Of a DNA stretch of 64,000 nt, positions 16,021 through 32,231 are shown piece by piece (the first letter of the stretch is position 1; the number at the start of each line of letters is the position of its first letter). The position numbers and the translations under genes were made by a program. Source of the DNA: the human T2T-CHM13v2.0 reference genome, Homo sapiens. Location: NCBI RefSeq assembly GCF_009914755.1, contig NC_060926.1; one strand, written 5' to 3'. The notes under the pieces are model-generated. The model saw nothing but the letters and a program-made list of their open reading frames with translations. It was not told the DNA's origin and searched no databases.

Positions 16021-17529
16021 GTGGCGACTCTTCCAGAAAAGTCTTTTCATTTTTCTAAAATACCATGTTGCTACTGATTCAGCACTGGGGGTGAGGGTAA
16101 TACACAAAGCAATTGGGAAGATCAAAAGAGGTAATGAACGTGAAGGCTGCAGATTGGCAAATACCGGGCGACAGAAACTATTTTAGCTGCATTTGCTTTT
16201 TAGGTTTAAGCAACAAAACAAACCTTCATATAACACATGGTGAGTGTGCCAGAAGAAATTTACAAGTACAGGCAGAATACAGGGTTATGCATGTGTGTGC
16301 TGAGATTAATATTTAAATTTGTAAATAGGGAAATGCATTTTCTTTTATATGTAGAGCAGTTGTTTCATGTTATCCACATTTCCTCCCTGTGCCTTGAGCA
16401 CAAAGATGCCCCCAGGCTAGAGCCCTCTCTGGGCAGGAGCACGACAGACCTGAATCTATCCAGAGTGTGAGGGTGGGATGGTTGCAGCCAACCTTGTGCA
16501 GCTGGCTGACAATGTGCCGGGCACCGCTGCGTTCACAGGCACCATTTCAAATCCTGCACTCAGGCCTGGTGGTGAAGAAGCGGGGAGCCTTCCACAGGGA
16601 GTATCAGGGTAAGCGGTTATGTCGCTTCTCCAGGTCAGTGTGCCCCTATGGAGATGCGATTGGACGCTGCATCTTTCTTCATGTCCCTAGTGCCAAGCAC
16701 AGGGCCTGGCATGGAGCAGAGACTCAGCATGAGGCAGTGAACGAGTAAATTTTACAGTGTAGAAAGGAGTACATCATAGTGGATCTGGACTGAGAGGGCT
16801 TCCTGAGGCAGCAGCACTGCTAGGTTGCCCAGAGGATGAGAGAGAAAGGAAGGCCTGGGTTCCCAGGGGCCATGAAGTGCTCTGGGCAGACACACATTCA
16901 GGGTCCTCTGAGCAGCCAGGATGCACCTGTGAGGAGAAGGCAGTGGGTGCGAACACAACAATGACAGGCAGATGAGAAGGCAGACTAAGCCCACACATTT
17001 CTCAGGACTAAGCCAGAGTCACAAGCACTGGAAAGGAAGGCCCTGCAGCTCACACACTCGCACAGCTGATGGAGCCAGTGACAGACAGATTGTAGTCTCT
17101 GTGGGCAGCATTTGACGGCCTGGCTGCAGTGCACCAGGGGTTCAGTTTGATAGGGGGCCCCAGGAAGATCCCCAGCCCACTCCCAAACACACGCATGCAG
17201 CTCATATTCCCAGCTTCTTGCCCGAGCGTGGAATTCTCTATTGTAGCATCAGTTGTGCATGTAGCCCCTCCAGCTCACAGCCAGCAAGGAAGCATCAGCC
17301 CTTTGACACCTGGGAATCCCTGGCTTCTGCCACATCTCACTGCCTTCCTCTTCTGCTTCTAAGCATGTGATTACATCCAGCCCAGCCAGGGTACTCTCTT
17401 TATTTTAAGGTCAACCGATTAGTAACCTTAATTGCATTTGCAGTTTTCTTTGCTTCATAACATAACATATTCATGGGCATGATACCAGGAGGGTGAAGGT
17501 TATGGAGGCCAAAATTCTGCCCACCTCAG

Positions 17530-18130
17530 TGCCCGTGCCTTCAAGGATCATGGGGGAATGATAATTGATCACAGGCAATTATAACCCAGCCTAATGAATG
17601 CCGCAGAAGAGTGAACACACAGCACTGTGCAGCACTCAGGAGGCCTCCCTCGCTGAAGCCAGGGCAGTTCCCTGGAGGAAGAATATCTAAGTTGAGCCTG
17701 AAATGATGAGCAGGACTGGGAAGGGGGATGGCCCGGGCAGGAGGGACAGCATGTGTGTCTGCTGTGCAGTGGTTCAATACTCTTGACCTGTGGACTTCAG
17801 GGAGCCAGAGGGACAAAGCACACTGGAAGGCAGACGGGAGAGCCGCCAAAGACTCTAAGCAGGTGAGAGGGAGCCTTTGGGAAGCTCATCTGATGGTGCT
17901 CTGGGGATGGAGAGGACTGTGGCTAGAGGAGGCTGGCACACTGCTTAGGAGGTGGAAGAGGGTGATGGCTTGAAACGCAGAAGCAGCAGTGGGACAGAGA
18001 GGTGAGTGTGATTTGATTGGAATCCAAGGGGGTGGGAGGGCGATGGGTTACAAGGGAGACCCAAGGGCTTGGCTTGGATGACTGTTCACAGAGACTGGAG
18101 GACTGAGCAGTGGAGAAGCTTAGGTTTGCA
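17530..18130. mobile_element. L2 LINE remnant
   Basis: TGCCTTCAAGGA...TTCCCTGGAGGAAG...AGTTGAGCCTGAAATGATGAG. Confidence 0.5.
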
Positions 18131-18159
18131 GATGTATGATCATGTAGGTGGCTTTAGCT

Positions 18160-19740
18160 TTTCATATGCTGCATTTTAATTTTCATTCAATTCTGTGTAT
18201 TTTTAAAACTTTCCTTGAGACTTCCTCTTTGAACTATGGAAAATATGTTATTTAATTTCCAACTGTTAGAGCATTTTCTTGTTGTTTTTCTGTTGTTGAT
18301 TTCCTGTTTGATTCTAATACAATCAGAGAACATACTCTGTATGATATCAATTGTGTTAAATTTGTTGAGGTTTGTTTTGTGACCCAGGAGGTTTATTTCG
18401 GTGAATGTTTCATGGACATTAAAAAAAATGTATATTCTGCTGATGTTGAGTGGGCTGTTCTATAAATGTCAATTAGATCCACTTAGATTACGTTATTTAG
18501 TTGTTCTTTATTTTTGCTAATAATCTGTCTAGTAGTCCTATCTATTGCTGATAGTCCTCAACTATAACCGTGGGTTTTTCTATTTCTTTTTTGAGCTCCA
18601 TCCATTTTTGTTTTATGTAGTTTGAAGGTCTTGTTTGGTGTATACATATTTTAAGGTTGTTAGATCTTAAATTATTGGCTTGTCCTTAAGGTCACTGATT
18701 CTGTCTTCTATGCCCTCCATTCTGCTGTCAAATCCATTCATTCAGTTTTGTTTCCATCACCATACTTTTCAGTTCTATGATTTGTATTTGCTTCCTTTTT
18801 ATAATGTCTTTTTTGAAGCTTTATCTTTTTTCATTTGTTTCAAGGATATTGATAATTACTTATTGAAGCAGTTTTCTGGTGGCTGCTTCAAAATCTTTGT
18901 TGGGTTGTTCTGTCTGGTTCTTCTCAGTGTTGGGATCAATGGATTGTTTTCTCTCATTCAGGTTGTGATTTTGATGATTCTGGTTGTGACGAGTGATTTT
19001 TAATTATAGTGTAGACATTCTGGATCTTATGTTAAAAGACTCTTGACCCTATTTAGATCTTCTATTGTAGCAAGCATTTGCCCTATTTAGATTTAGCATA
19101 TAGCTCTAGCCTATTTTGTTGGCTACAGTTCTAGTGACAGTTTAGTTTTCTGAGCATTTGCAATGCTATCCTGGTTGGCTTCTCGCTTCTGCTTGGGCCT
19201 TCTTTTGATCTCTGTTGGTGATGTCAGCAGGTCAGCAGGGAATCCTGACCCACAGGATAGAGAGCACTTTCCCTGGCCTGTTCTCCAAGTACCCAGTGCT
19301 GGTGGGCTTCCCACTCTGTCTCTGCCTCTGCCACTGCCACTGGGGGAGAGAAGCAGCTGTCTTGGCCACCTTCTGCCCCTGGAAAGGGCCTGGAGCTGCA
19401 GAGTCTGGGTGGAGACTTCTCCACTGTTGGGTGGAGGATTGGGAGACCCTAGCTGCAGGCTGATTTCTGCTGCTGGGTGGAGGGCCAGGAGACACACAGG
19501 CTGCTGACATAGCCTGAGCCTGGCAGGTGGGCGTTGGCTTGCCTGAGTTGTACTCTGAGCAGATCACCCTGCTGGGCTGGTGTGGCCTCCCTGGGATCTG
19601 TTGTTGTCGCTGACCAGGCCACTGCTGCCATTGGGTGTGCATAGCCCTTGTTGGGCTTTCCTCTTGCTGGAACTTTGGCCAAAGAGAGTCTGTTTGGCAT
19701 CCATTCGTCATAGGGCCAAATTAATGGCCAATGTTGTTCA
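18160..19740 (-). mobile_element. Old L1M fragments (ORF2/ORF1/5' region)
   Basis: AATCAGAGAACATACTCTGTATGAT; AATGTATATTCTGCTGATGTTG; ATAAATGTCAATTAG. Confidence 0.7.
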
Positions 19741-19769
19741 CATCTCCCCTGCGATCCAGAGCCCATATT

Positions 19770-21029
<1,260 letters not shown>

Positions 21030-21494
21030 TTATCGTTTATTTGCCCTAAATACTTCCTCTACATATTTTGAGAACTACATCTGACATTCTTATAATTTCT
21101 GCTTCAATTTCTAAAACCCAAGAAGAGATGGAAAACCTGTTATCCTGGGATAGCCCCACAGGGGCTCTGTTTTTTTGTTCTTTTTTCAGTGTCTTATCTC
21201 TGGTGCCCAGATTGTGTAATTTCCATTGTTCCATTTTCAAGTTCTCTGATTCCGTCCTCTGCCTTTTCTATATTGCTTTAGAACTCATTCATCGAGGTTT
21301 TTTTATTTGTTATTATAGTTTGCAGTTATAAAATTTCCCTCTGCTGTTCTTTATATCTTCTGCTTATTTTTTTTTTTGAGTCTTTCCGTTTCTTCATTTA
21401 GAATTTTTATGGTGCCTGTTTTGAAATCCTTGTCAGATAATGCTAACATCTCTGCTGGTTTTGTTTTGTTTTGTTTTTTCCTGTTTATCTTGAC

Positions 21495-21803
21495 TTTTTT
21501 TTTTCTTTTTTCTTTTTTTTTTCCCCAAGACAGAGTCTCGCTGTCACCAGGCTAGAGTGCAGTGGCGTGATCTCGGCTTACTGAAACCTCTCCCTCCCGG
21601 GGTTCAAGTGATTCTCCTGCCTCAGCCTCCCGCATAGCTGGGATTACAGGCACGTGCCACCACACCCAGCTAATTTTTGTATTTTTAGTAGAGATGGGGT
21701 TTCACCATGTTGGCCATGATGGTCTCGATCTCTTGACCTCATGATCCACCAATCTTGGCCTCCCAAAGTGATGGGATTACAGGCGTGAGCCACCGCACCT
21801 GAC
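21495..21803 (-). mobile_element. Alu (AluSc-like)
   Basis: GATGGTCTCGATCTCTTGACCTC; poly-T. Confidence 0.93.
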
Positions 21804-21809
21804 TGACAT

Positions 21810-22465
21810 TTTTTTAAGATCCAAGCTGTACATGTACAGGTTGGTTACATGTTGCATGACGCTGAGGTTTGGGCTTCTACTGATTCTCTTGCCCAAGTAG
21901 TGAACATGGTACCCAATAGGTAGTTTTCAACCCTTGCTCCTCTCCCCCAAATGTTTATTATTCTCGTGATTGTGCCTGTGTGTACCTAGTGTTTAGCTCC
22001 CACTTACAAGTGAGAACATGGAATATTCAGTTTTCTGTTTCTGCATTAATTCACTTAGGATGGTGGCCTCTAGCTCCATCCATTTACACAAAGGATTTGA
22101 TTTTGTTCTTTTTTATGGCTGCATAGTTCTCCATGGCATATATGTACCACATTTTCTTTATCCAGCCCACCACTGATGGGCACCTAAGTTGATTCCATGT
22201 CTTTGCTATTGTGAATAGCACTACATAGAAGTGCAGGTGTCTCTTTGATATAATGATTTCTTTTCCTTTGGGTAGATAACCTGTAGTGAGATAGTTGGGT
22301 CAAATGGTGGTTCTATTTTTAGTTGTTTGAGAAATCTCCAAACTGCTCTCCACAGGGGCTGTGCTTATTTGCATTCCCACCACAGTGTGTAAGAGCTCCC
22401 TTTTCTCCACAGCCCCACCAGCAAGTGTTATTCCTGGCTTCTTTAGGAACAGCCATCCTGACTGG
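21810..22465 (-). mobile_element. L1PA/PB 3' end
   Basis: GTTTAGCTCCCACTTACAAGTGAGAACATG; TTGATTCCATGTCTTTGCTATTGTGAATAG. Confidence 0.88.
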
Positions 22466-22994
22466 TGCATCTCTCTGCTGTCTTGGTGTTGGCCTCTGTT
22501 GATTGCCTTGTCCCATCCAAATAGAGATTTTTCTGCTTCTTGATATGAGGAGTAATTTTTTATTTATTCTGCACAGTTTGGGTGTTATATTATGGGCCTT
22601 GGGACCTTATTTAAGTATTGGGACTTAGTGGGCCTCTTCTGACCCTGCTCTGGGGGGAGGGGAGCACAGCCTCATTACTGCCAGGTTTGGCTAGAAGTGC
22701 AGTTCCCCACTGATGAAATAGAAGTTGCCACCTGAAGAGAAAAAAGACTCCATCCATTTGATATAACAGCTAGGAATATTGACAGTCAGGATCCAAACAT
22801 TGAGATTCTTCTGTATGTCAGAACTTGCACCTAAACATTGTACGGACTACAAAGAAGTGATTGCCATGGCCCCTTCTGGAGCTGGTGGTTTGTTGGAATT
22901 CCTGACAGAATGACCTATGATTTACATGTATATAAAAGGAAGCCCAACTTTTTTGCAAATATTTTTAAATTATGAAGATAATTTAACTGTTTTA

Positions 22995-23363
<369 letters not shown>

Positions 23364-23832
23364 TTATTTCAATGTTTTTTAATATTGCTGTAAATGCTCT
23401 TTAATTATAGAATACACAAAATTATCGCACATTCTCTATTTTCTTTTCTAAGTAGCCCTTATAAATTAAGTTTTTAATGGCTGTTTAATTTTCCATTTTG
23501 TGTATATAGCTTAATTTGCTGAATCATTTTCCGAGTGTTGAGCACAAGTCATTTATCCTTTTTTTTTCTTGCAAAGAACACTTCAATGAACATGTCACAT
23601 TGCTGAATCTTTCCTTAAGTTAGAATCTCTCAAGTGAAATTACGTAGTCAGTGTATGACCTTTTAATGACTCTTTATCATAATTTAGCATTCATTAGTAC
23701 ATCTTCCCTACAGGAACTCTTACTGTGGAGTTCTCATGGTGATTCTCTATTTCCCCCAGTTTTTCAGTATTTTATTAACTGGAATTCTTCTGTAAGGAAG
23801 AGTTTTCTTTTCTCCCCCATTTTGCATTTAAA

Positions 23833-24182
23833 GCAGCCCCCCCAACTTATCCACCATTTTATTTTCTGCAGTTTCAGTCACCCAAGGTCAACCCTGGTCC
23901 TAAAACAGATGAGTATAATACAGTTCGATATTTTGAGAGGGAGAGAAAGAGACCACAGTCACATAATTGTTATCACAGTATATTGTTATAATTACTCTTT
24001 TTATCACTAGTTATTTTATTAATCTCTTACTGTACCTAATTTATAAATTAAACTTTATCATAGGTATATATGTATGTACAGGAAATATCATAGTGTATAT
24101 AGGGTTCAATACTATCTGCAGTTTCAGGCACTCACTGGGGGTCTTGGAATGTATCCCCCACAGATAAGGGGGAACTACTGTA
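23833..24182 (+). mobile_element. MER44-like Tigger DNA transposon
   Basis: CCCCCCAACTTATCC ... GATAAGGGGGAACTACTGTA inverted ends; GAGAGAAAGAGACCACA core. Confidence 0.8.
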
Positions 24183-24189
24183 TCCAGTC

Positions 24190-25910
<1,721 letters not shown>

Positions 25911-25918
25911 ATATTGAG

Positions 25919-26217
25919 TCCAGGTGCGGTGGCCCACGCCTGTAATCCCAGCACTTTGGGAGGCCAAGGTGGGCAGATCACGAAGTCAGGAGATCGAGAC
26001 GATCCTGGCTAATAACATGGTGAAACCCCATCTCTACTAAACGTACAAAAAATTAGCCAGGCGTGGTGGCATGCACCTATAGTCCCAGCTACTCGGGAGG
26101 CTGAGGCAGGAGAATTGCTTGAAACTGGGAGGGCGGAGGTTGCAGTGAGCCGAGATCACACCACTGCACTCCAGCCTGGGAGACAAAGCAAGACTCTGTC
26201 TCAAAAAAAAAAAAAAA
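25919..26217 (+). mobile_element. Alu
   Basis: Dimer with A tail. Confidence 0.93.
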
Positions 26218-26319
26218 TTTACATACTGGCTTTCGTGTGAGTATAATTTTTCCATTCACTTTGGTAAGTATCTAAAAGTGGATTTGCTTGGTCATATGTT
26301 TAGTTTTATGATAAACTTC

Positions 26320-26640
26320 CTATCCATGAGCATGGAATGTTTTTCCATTTGTTTGTGTCATCTCTGATTTTTTTCAGCAGTATTTTGTAATTCTCACTGT
26401 AGAGATCTTTTGGCTCCCAGGTTAGCTGTATTCCTAGATATTATATTCTTTTTGTGGTGTTTTGAAAGGGATCACATTATTGACTTGACTCTCAGTTTAG
26501 ACATTGTCAGTGTATAGAAATGCTACTGGTTTTTCTACATTGATTTTGCATCCTGAAACTTTGCTGAAGTTGTTTATCAGTTCTAAGAGCCTTTGGGCAG
26601 AGACTGTGGGATTTTTCTAGGCATAAGAACCATGTCTTCT
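26320..26640 (-). mobile_element. L1P ORF2 fragment
   Basis: CCTATCCATGAGCATGGAATGTTTTTCCATTTGTTTGTGTC. Confidence 0.85.
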
Positions 26641-27915
<1,275 letters not shown>

Positions 27916-28291
27916 AAATAGCAGTAATACAAAGAAAATAAAACAAAGACCCTTGCATTTGGCAGTGTCACAGGCGCCTCTGCTGGCTGATTCAGGGCTG
28001 GGCGGGGTGGCAGCCAGACCCTGGGAGCAGTGTCCAGAACTTCTGATTCCAGAATCACGGCCCACTACACATTTCCCGAAAAGCTCCTCATAACAAAAGC
28101 TAAACCTAGAAGTAAAACATATCATCCTAAACAATCTTTAGTTGAGTTCACACACACAAAAGAAATTCCCAGGACAAAAAAAGAAGGAAGAGTTCAAAAA
28201 GTATGGAATTCAGTGGGAGGTAGAACCCCAGAGAGAGCAGTGATCACAGAAACACTCATGAGCCACACGCTGGTTAAAAGTGACTGAAAGC

Positions 28292-28461
28292 AGGGCCTGT
28301 CTGGGGGTGGGGTTAGGGGAGGGATAGCATTAGGAGAAATACCTAATGTAGGTGACGGGTTGATGGGTGCAGCAAACCACCATGGTACGTAATTACCTAT
28401 GTAACAAACCTGCACATTCTGCACATGTACCCCAGAACTTAAGGTATAATAATAAAAAAAA
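28292..28461 (+). mobile_element. L1PA 3'-terminal fragment
   Basis: GGGAGGGATAGCATTAGGAGAAATACCTAATGTA...ACCTATGTAACAAACCTGCAC. Confidence 0.92.
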
Positions 28462-28464
28462 GTG

Positions 28465-29230
28465 CCTGAAAGATTCAATTTGGAAAGTCCAGCTATATGT
28501 TGGTTATGAAAAGCACACCTAAAGAACATTGAAAGATTGAAAATAAAAGGATGGAAAAAATACATGGTTGGCAAATACTAACCAAAAGAATGCTGGTGTG
28601 GGTATATTAATATCAGAGGATGGCCTTTAAAGGAAAAGTCTTTCTTAGGGATAAGAAAGTAAAAAAGCCTTTATTACCACTGGTAATAAAGGAGCCACTC
28701 ATAGGAAGATGTAACAGTTCTGAACTTGTTTATGCACCTGCTCACATAAGGCTGAACTGTAACAGAATTAAAAGAGGAAACTGACAAATCCACTAGGACA
28801 GTGGGAGGTTTCCACATGCTTCTCCTAATCACAGAGGAAAAACTAGTAAGACTTCCGAGGATTTAAACAGTCAACAAGGCTGATCTAATGAGCCCTTGTT
28901 AACACTGCACCGACCCATTAGAGAATGCACTATCCTTTCAAACGCCCATGGGACATCTCCAAAGTAGGACCTTGTACTATGTCATAAAGCCAGTTTCAAC
29001 TAACTTCAAAAAATCAGTATCACACAGATGACTCTTTGATGACAGTGTCATTAAATAGAAATCAGAAACAGATAACTAACACATACTTCTAATAAGTCAC
29101 AGGTCAAAAAGGAAATTATAATGAGCTTATTTTAAAAATTAGGATTGCCAAGATAATGGACATACCACAGATTAAAACTAGTGGTTTTTAGAAGGGACAC
29201 TGTGTCCTCACATACTAATATTCTCTAAAA
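28465..29230 (+). mobile_element. Old L1M ORF2 (endonuclease region) remnant
   Basis: AAAGGATGGAAAAAATAC...GCAAATACTAACCAAAAG...TATATTAATATCAG. Confidence 0.65.
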
Positions 29231-31059
29231 AGTGAATGACACATAGGAAAGTGTGCAGATTAAATGTAAACTGTGTTATTGAGGAGTTTGCAGAGGGCAG
29301 AGGAGAGGTGGGGAGAGGCTAGCTCCACTGAAGGTTTCGGCCAACGTCGGGGCAGCGGGCAGGGAAGCGGTGAGGTCAGGAGGAGGAGGTGGGATGTGGG
29401 GCCTGCCGGTCAACACCATCCTCCCCTCCTGATGGGCTGGTAGTCAGCAGTTCACCCTGCTGTGGAACACTCACTGCAGCTGTTTCTTACAGGAGACAGG
29501 CTCAGCATCTTGCCCTAAAGCCTCATCTAGTTATAGAATAAGACAGTTGGGAAGTGCCAGGCCTGTGGCAAAATGGAGCCTGCCTGCTTCAGACTTTCAA
29601 ATTTAACCCACTCCCACCCCTGTAAAAACCCTGAGCCTCCGCAGAAAGAATACTTGTTTGGTCTAGATTCCAGCCCCAGGCCATTCCCAGGACATAACCC
29701 TGGACTTACATCACTTTATGCTGAGAAATTATTTGGGGATCGCTCCTGAATCAACTCAGGAAGAAAGTCTTTATAAGATTAGAATCCAATATTCAATCAA
29801 ATCAAATGTTGTTTTTGATGTACTCATTGAATTTCAGTATCTGTACACTGCAATCAGTCAAACCTGCTCTTCCAGTGCAGCTGCGCAGACTACACCAGCT
29901 TTGTTACCTGGAAGAGTCATCTTAGATTTTTTTTCCCCCAAAGGCTTTTGTTTTCATTGAGACTGAGGGAGGCCTCTTGCCAAAATAACCTGGAACTCAG
30001 ACAAAGGCTGGACCCCTCCCCCCAGCAAGACGCCAGCCCCTGCCTCACAGGTAGTGCCCTGGGCAGCGATGCTGGGCAGGGAGGGCAGAAACGAGCCCAC
30101 TGGCATTCTAGTCACCAGGGTCCTGATCGTTAGTCATTTGGAACTTGGGACTTGGGATTCTCTGTGTCTGCTCATGTAAGCAATGATGCCTGCGTGAGTC
30201 TGGAAGGTGACATCAAGCTATGTCAATGCTGAGAGGATGGCTCCAGTGTCCCTTAGATCAGTTCTTGGTGTCTAAGACGGGTTGGTGAGATGAGGGGCTG
30301 CAAGCGCCCTGCAGGGCAGGCGTCACTGAGCTGAGCACCCTGCCCGGCCTTAGCAGCCCTCTCAGTTCACTGGTTAATGACAGCAACCACTTGCAGTTGC
30401 ACAGTTCTCTGTGCTTGTCCGGGCGTGCTCATGTCCATGTCTCACTGGTCCTCTCCTTGCCGTGGGAGGTAGGCACGCTGAAGGCGTCTGGCCCTGCCGT
30501 ACAGTCAGGGCGCCTGGCCCCACGGAGGCAGCGGCCGGAGACAGTTCCTGCAGCAGACCCCTGGTTCCTTCACTTCTCTCCTCTGGGACGTCCTGTAACA
30601 ACCACACAGCCCTCCTTCCCAAATGGTTTGGTTTTTAATGTTTGCTTTTCTATTCCGAACGCCTTCTGCTTTGCAACTTACTTGAAACTGCAGGATCATG
30701 TTATTCCTCATGTTCTACCCTGCACCTTAAGAGCACTGGCTTTGGTGTGTGTTTGTTTTCCTTCTCTCAGTTAAGAATTAAAAGCAATTTTACTTTGAGA
30801 AAGCTCTTATGACAAGTCCTGGGAAACCATGCCTGGGAGGGGCCGGTGGGGTGAATGGCTTCAGTACAAAGCTTGTGTCAAGGAGCCTTCGTGAGCAATG
30901 GGGCTGAGTGCTTGGCCAGCTCTGGGCCTGGGGGAGCTTTGGGGAGTTTGAGCATCGACTGCTGTGCACAGCAGTTTGTCAGAGTTCAAGTCATTGTATG
31001 TACTGAGACACGCTACAGCCATGATGCCTAAGGGAAGGAAGCCACACCCAAAAGAACAT

Positions 31060-31381
31060 TCAATAGTCCCCCCTTATGCAAAGTTTCAGTTACCTGAGGT
31101 CTACTGCAGTCAGAAAATAGGTGAGTACAGTGCAATAAGATATTTTGAGAGAGAGAGAGACCACTTCACATAACTTTTGTTACAGTCTATTGTTATAATT
31201 GTTCTATTTTGTTAATATTGTTAATTTTTTACTGTGCCTAATTTGTAGCTTACACTTTGTCATAGGTATGCATGTATAGGAAGAAACAATATATATAGGG
31301 TTCGGTACTGGGGGGGAGTGGTTCAGGCATCGGCTGGGGGTCTTGGAACATATCCCCTGTGGATAAGGGTGGCTACTGTAT
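31060..31381 (+). mobile_element. MER44-like Tigger DNA transposon (second copy)
   Basis: TAGTCCCCCCTTATG ... GGATAAGGGTGGCTACTGTA; similar to 23833-24182. Confidence 0.8.
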
Positions 31382-31749
31382 AATTTGTTTATCTGAAACT
31401 CCAGAAAAGACAAAGCAAGACTGTGTGGCAGAAAGCAGGTCATTGTGGAGTTGGAGGGAAGCAGGGATTGACCGGGGAGGGGCAGGGCCTTTTTGGGGAA
31501 ATGGAAACAGTCTAGATTTTTATCATGGTGGTAGTTACAGGAATGTACTCAGTTTTCAAATATCATAGATCTGTGCATTTTAAATGGATGCTTGAAAATG
31601 TATATCTCAATAAGTAGTTTAAGAAATGTGTAACGAGAGAAGGAAATACTTGCACAGTTCTGTATTTTTCTTCTTGTCTTCAAAGCTTTATAACATCCCA
31701 AAATGTGTTTGCAACTTCGATCATTCTCATTTTTGTTGTTGCTGTACTT

Positions 31750-31782
31750 TTTGTGTTTTTTTGTTGTTGTTGTTGTTGTTTT
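31750..31782. repeat. (TTG)n microsatellite
   Basis: Directly visible. Confidence 0.85.
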
Positions 31783-32180
31783 GCTCTAGCAAACCAAACT
31801 CAGAAAACACTTCTTAAATGCAAGGGCATTGACTTTAAACCAGTTGGTTACATAGGAACAAACAACGCAAACATATTGATTTGTTCCTTCTTGCTGAAAA
31901 CGTTAGGCAGAGATATGCTTTTCGCCATGACTCATGCAACATTTTTATACTTATGTAAACGCACATGTGCGTTGGTCCGGTTCTGATTTTTAATGGGGTT
32001 GTTTTAAGGATGTGCTGCCTTTTCTCCCTACTGATTGGGTTTGGCTTCATCACTTGTTTTCCATGTTGATAAAAGGCAGCCCTTCATACTTACCTCCCTT
32101 CCTAGGGGTACATGGGGAACTAATGAGCCATTTCTGAGCCTTCCTCCTTCTGGCAAAGGCAGGCACGGTGTAAACATGTG
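31780..32180. promoter_or_regulatory. Candidate enhancer/promoter just upstream of the giant exon
   Basis: Unique sequence with AP-1 TGACTCA (31928-31934), forkhead-like GTAAAC/GCAAACA motifs, a 16-bp palindrome (31958-31973) and an inverted CCAAT (ATTGG ~32034). Confidence 0.4.
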
Positions 32181-32231
32181 CACAGATGTACTCAGGCCTT
32201 GTCTCTGACTCCTCTCTTCTTGCCCTCCCAG

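Noticed and set aside
32178-32231. ORF-track N-terminus 'MHRCTQALSLTPLFLPSQ' as the protein start
   Set aside because: It begins at GTG and spans the branch point, pyrimidine tract and acceptor, so it is intronic.
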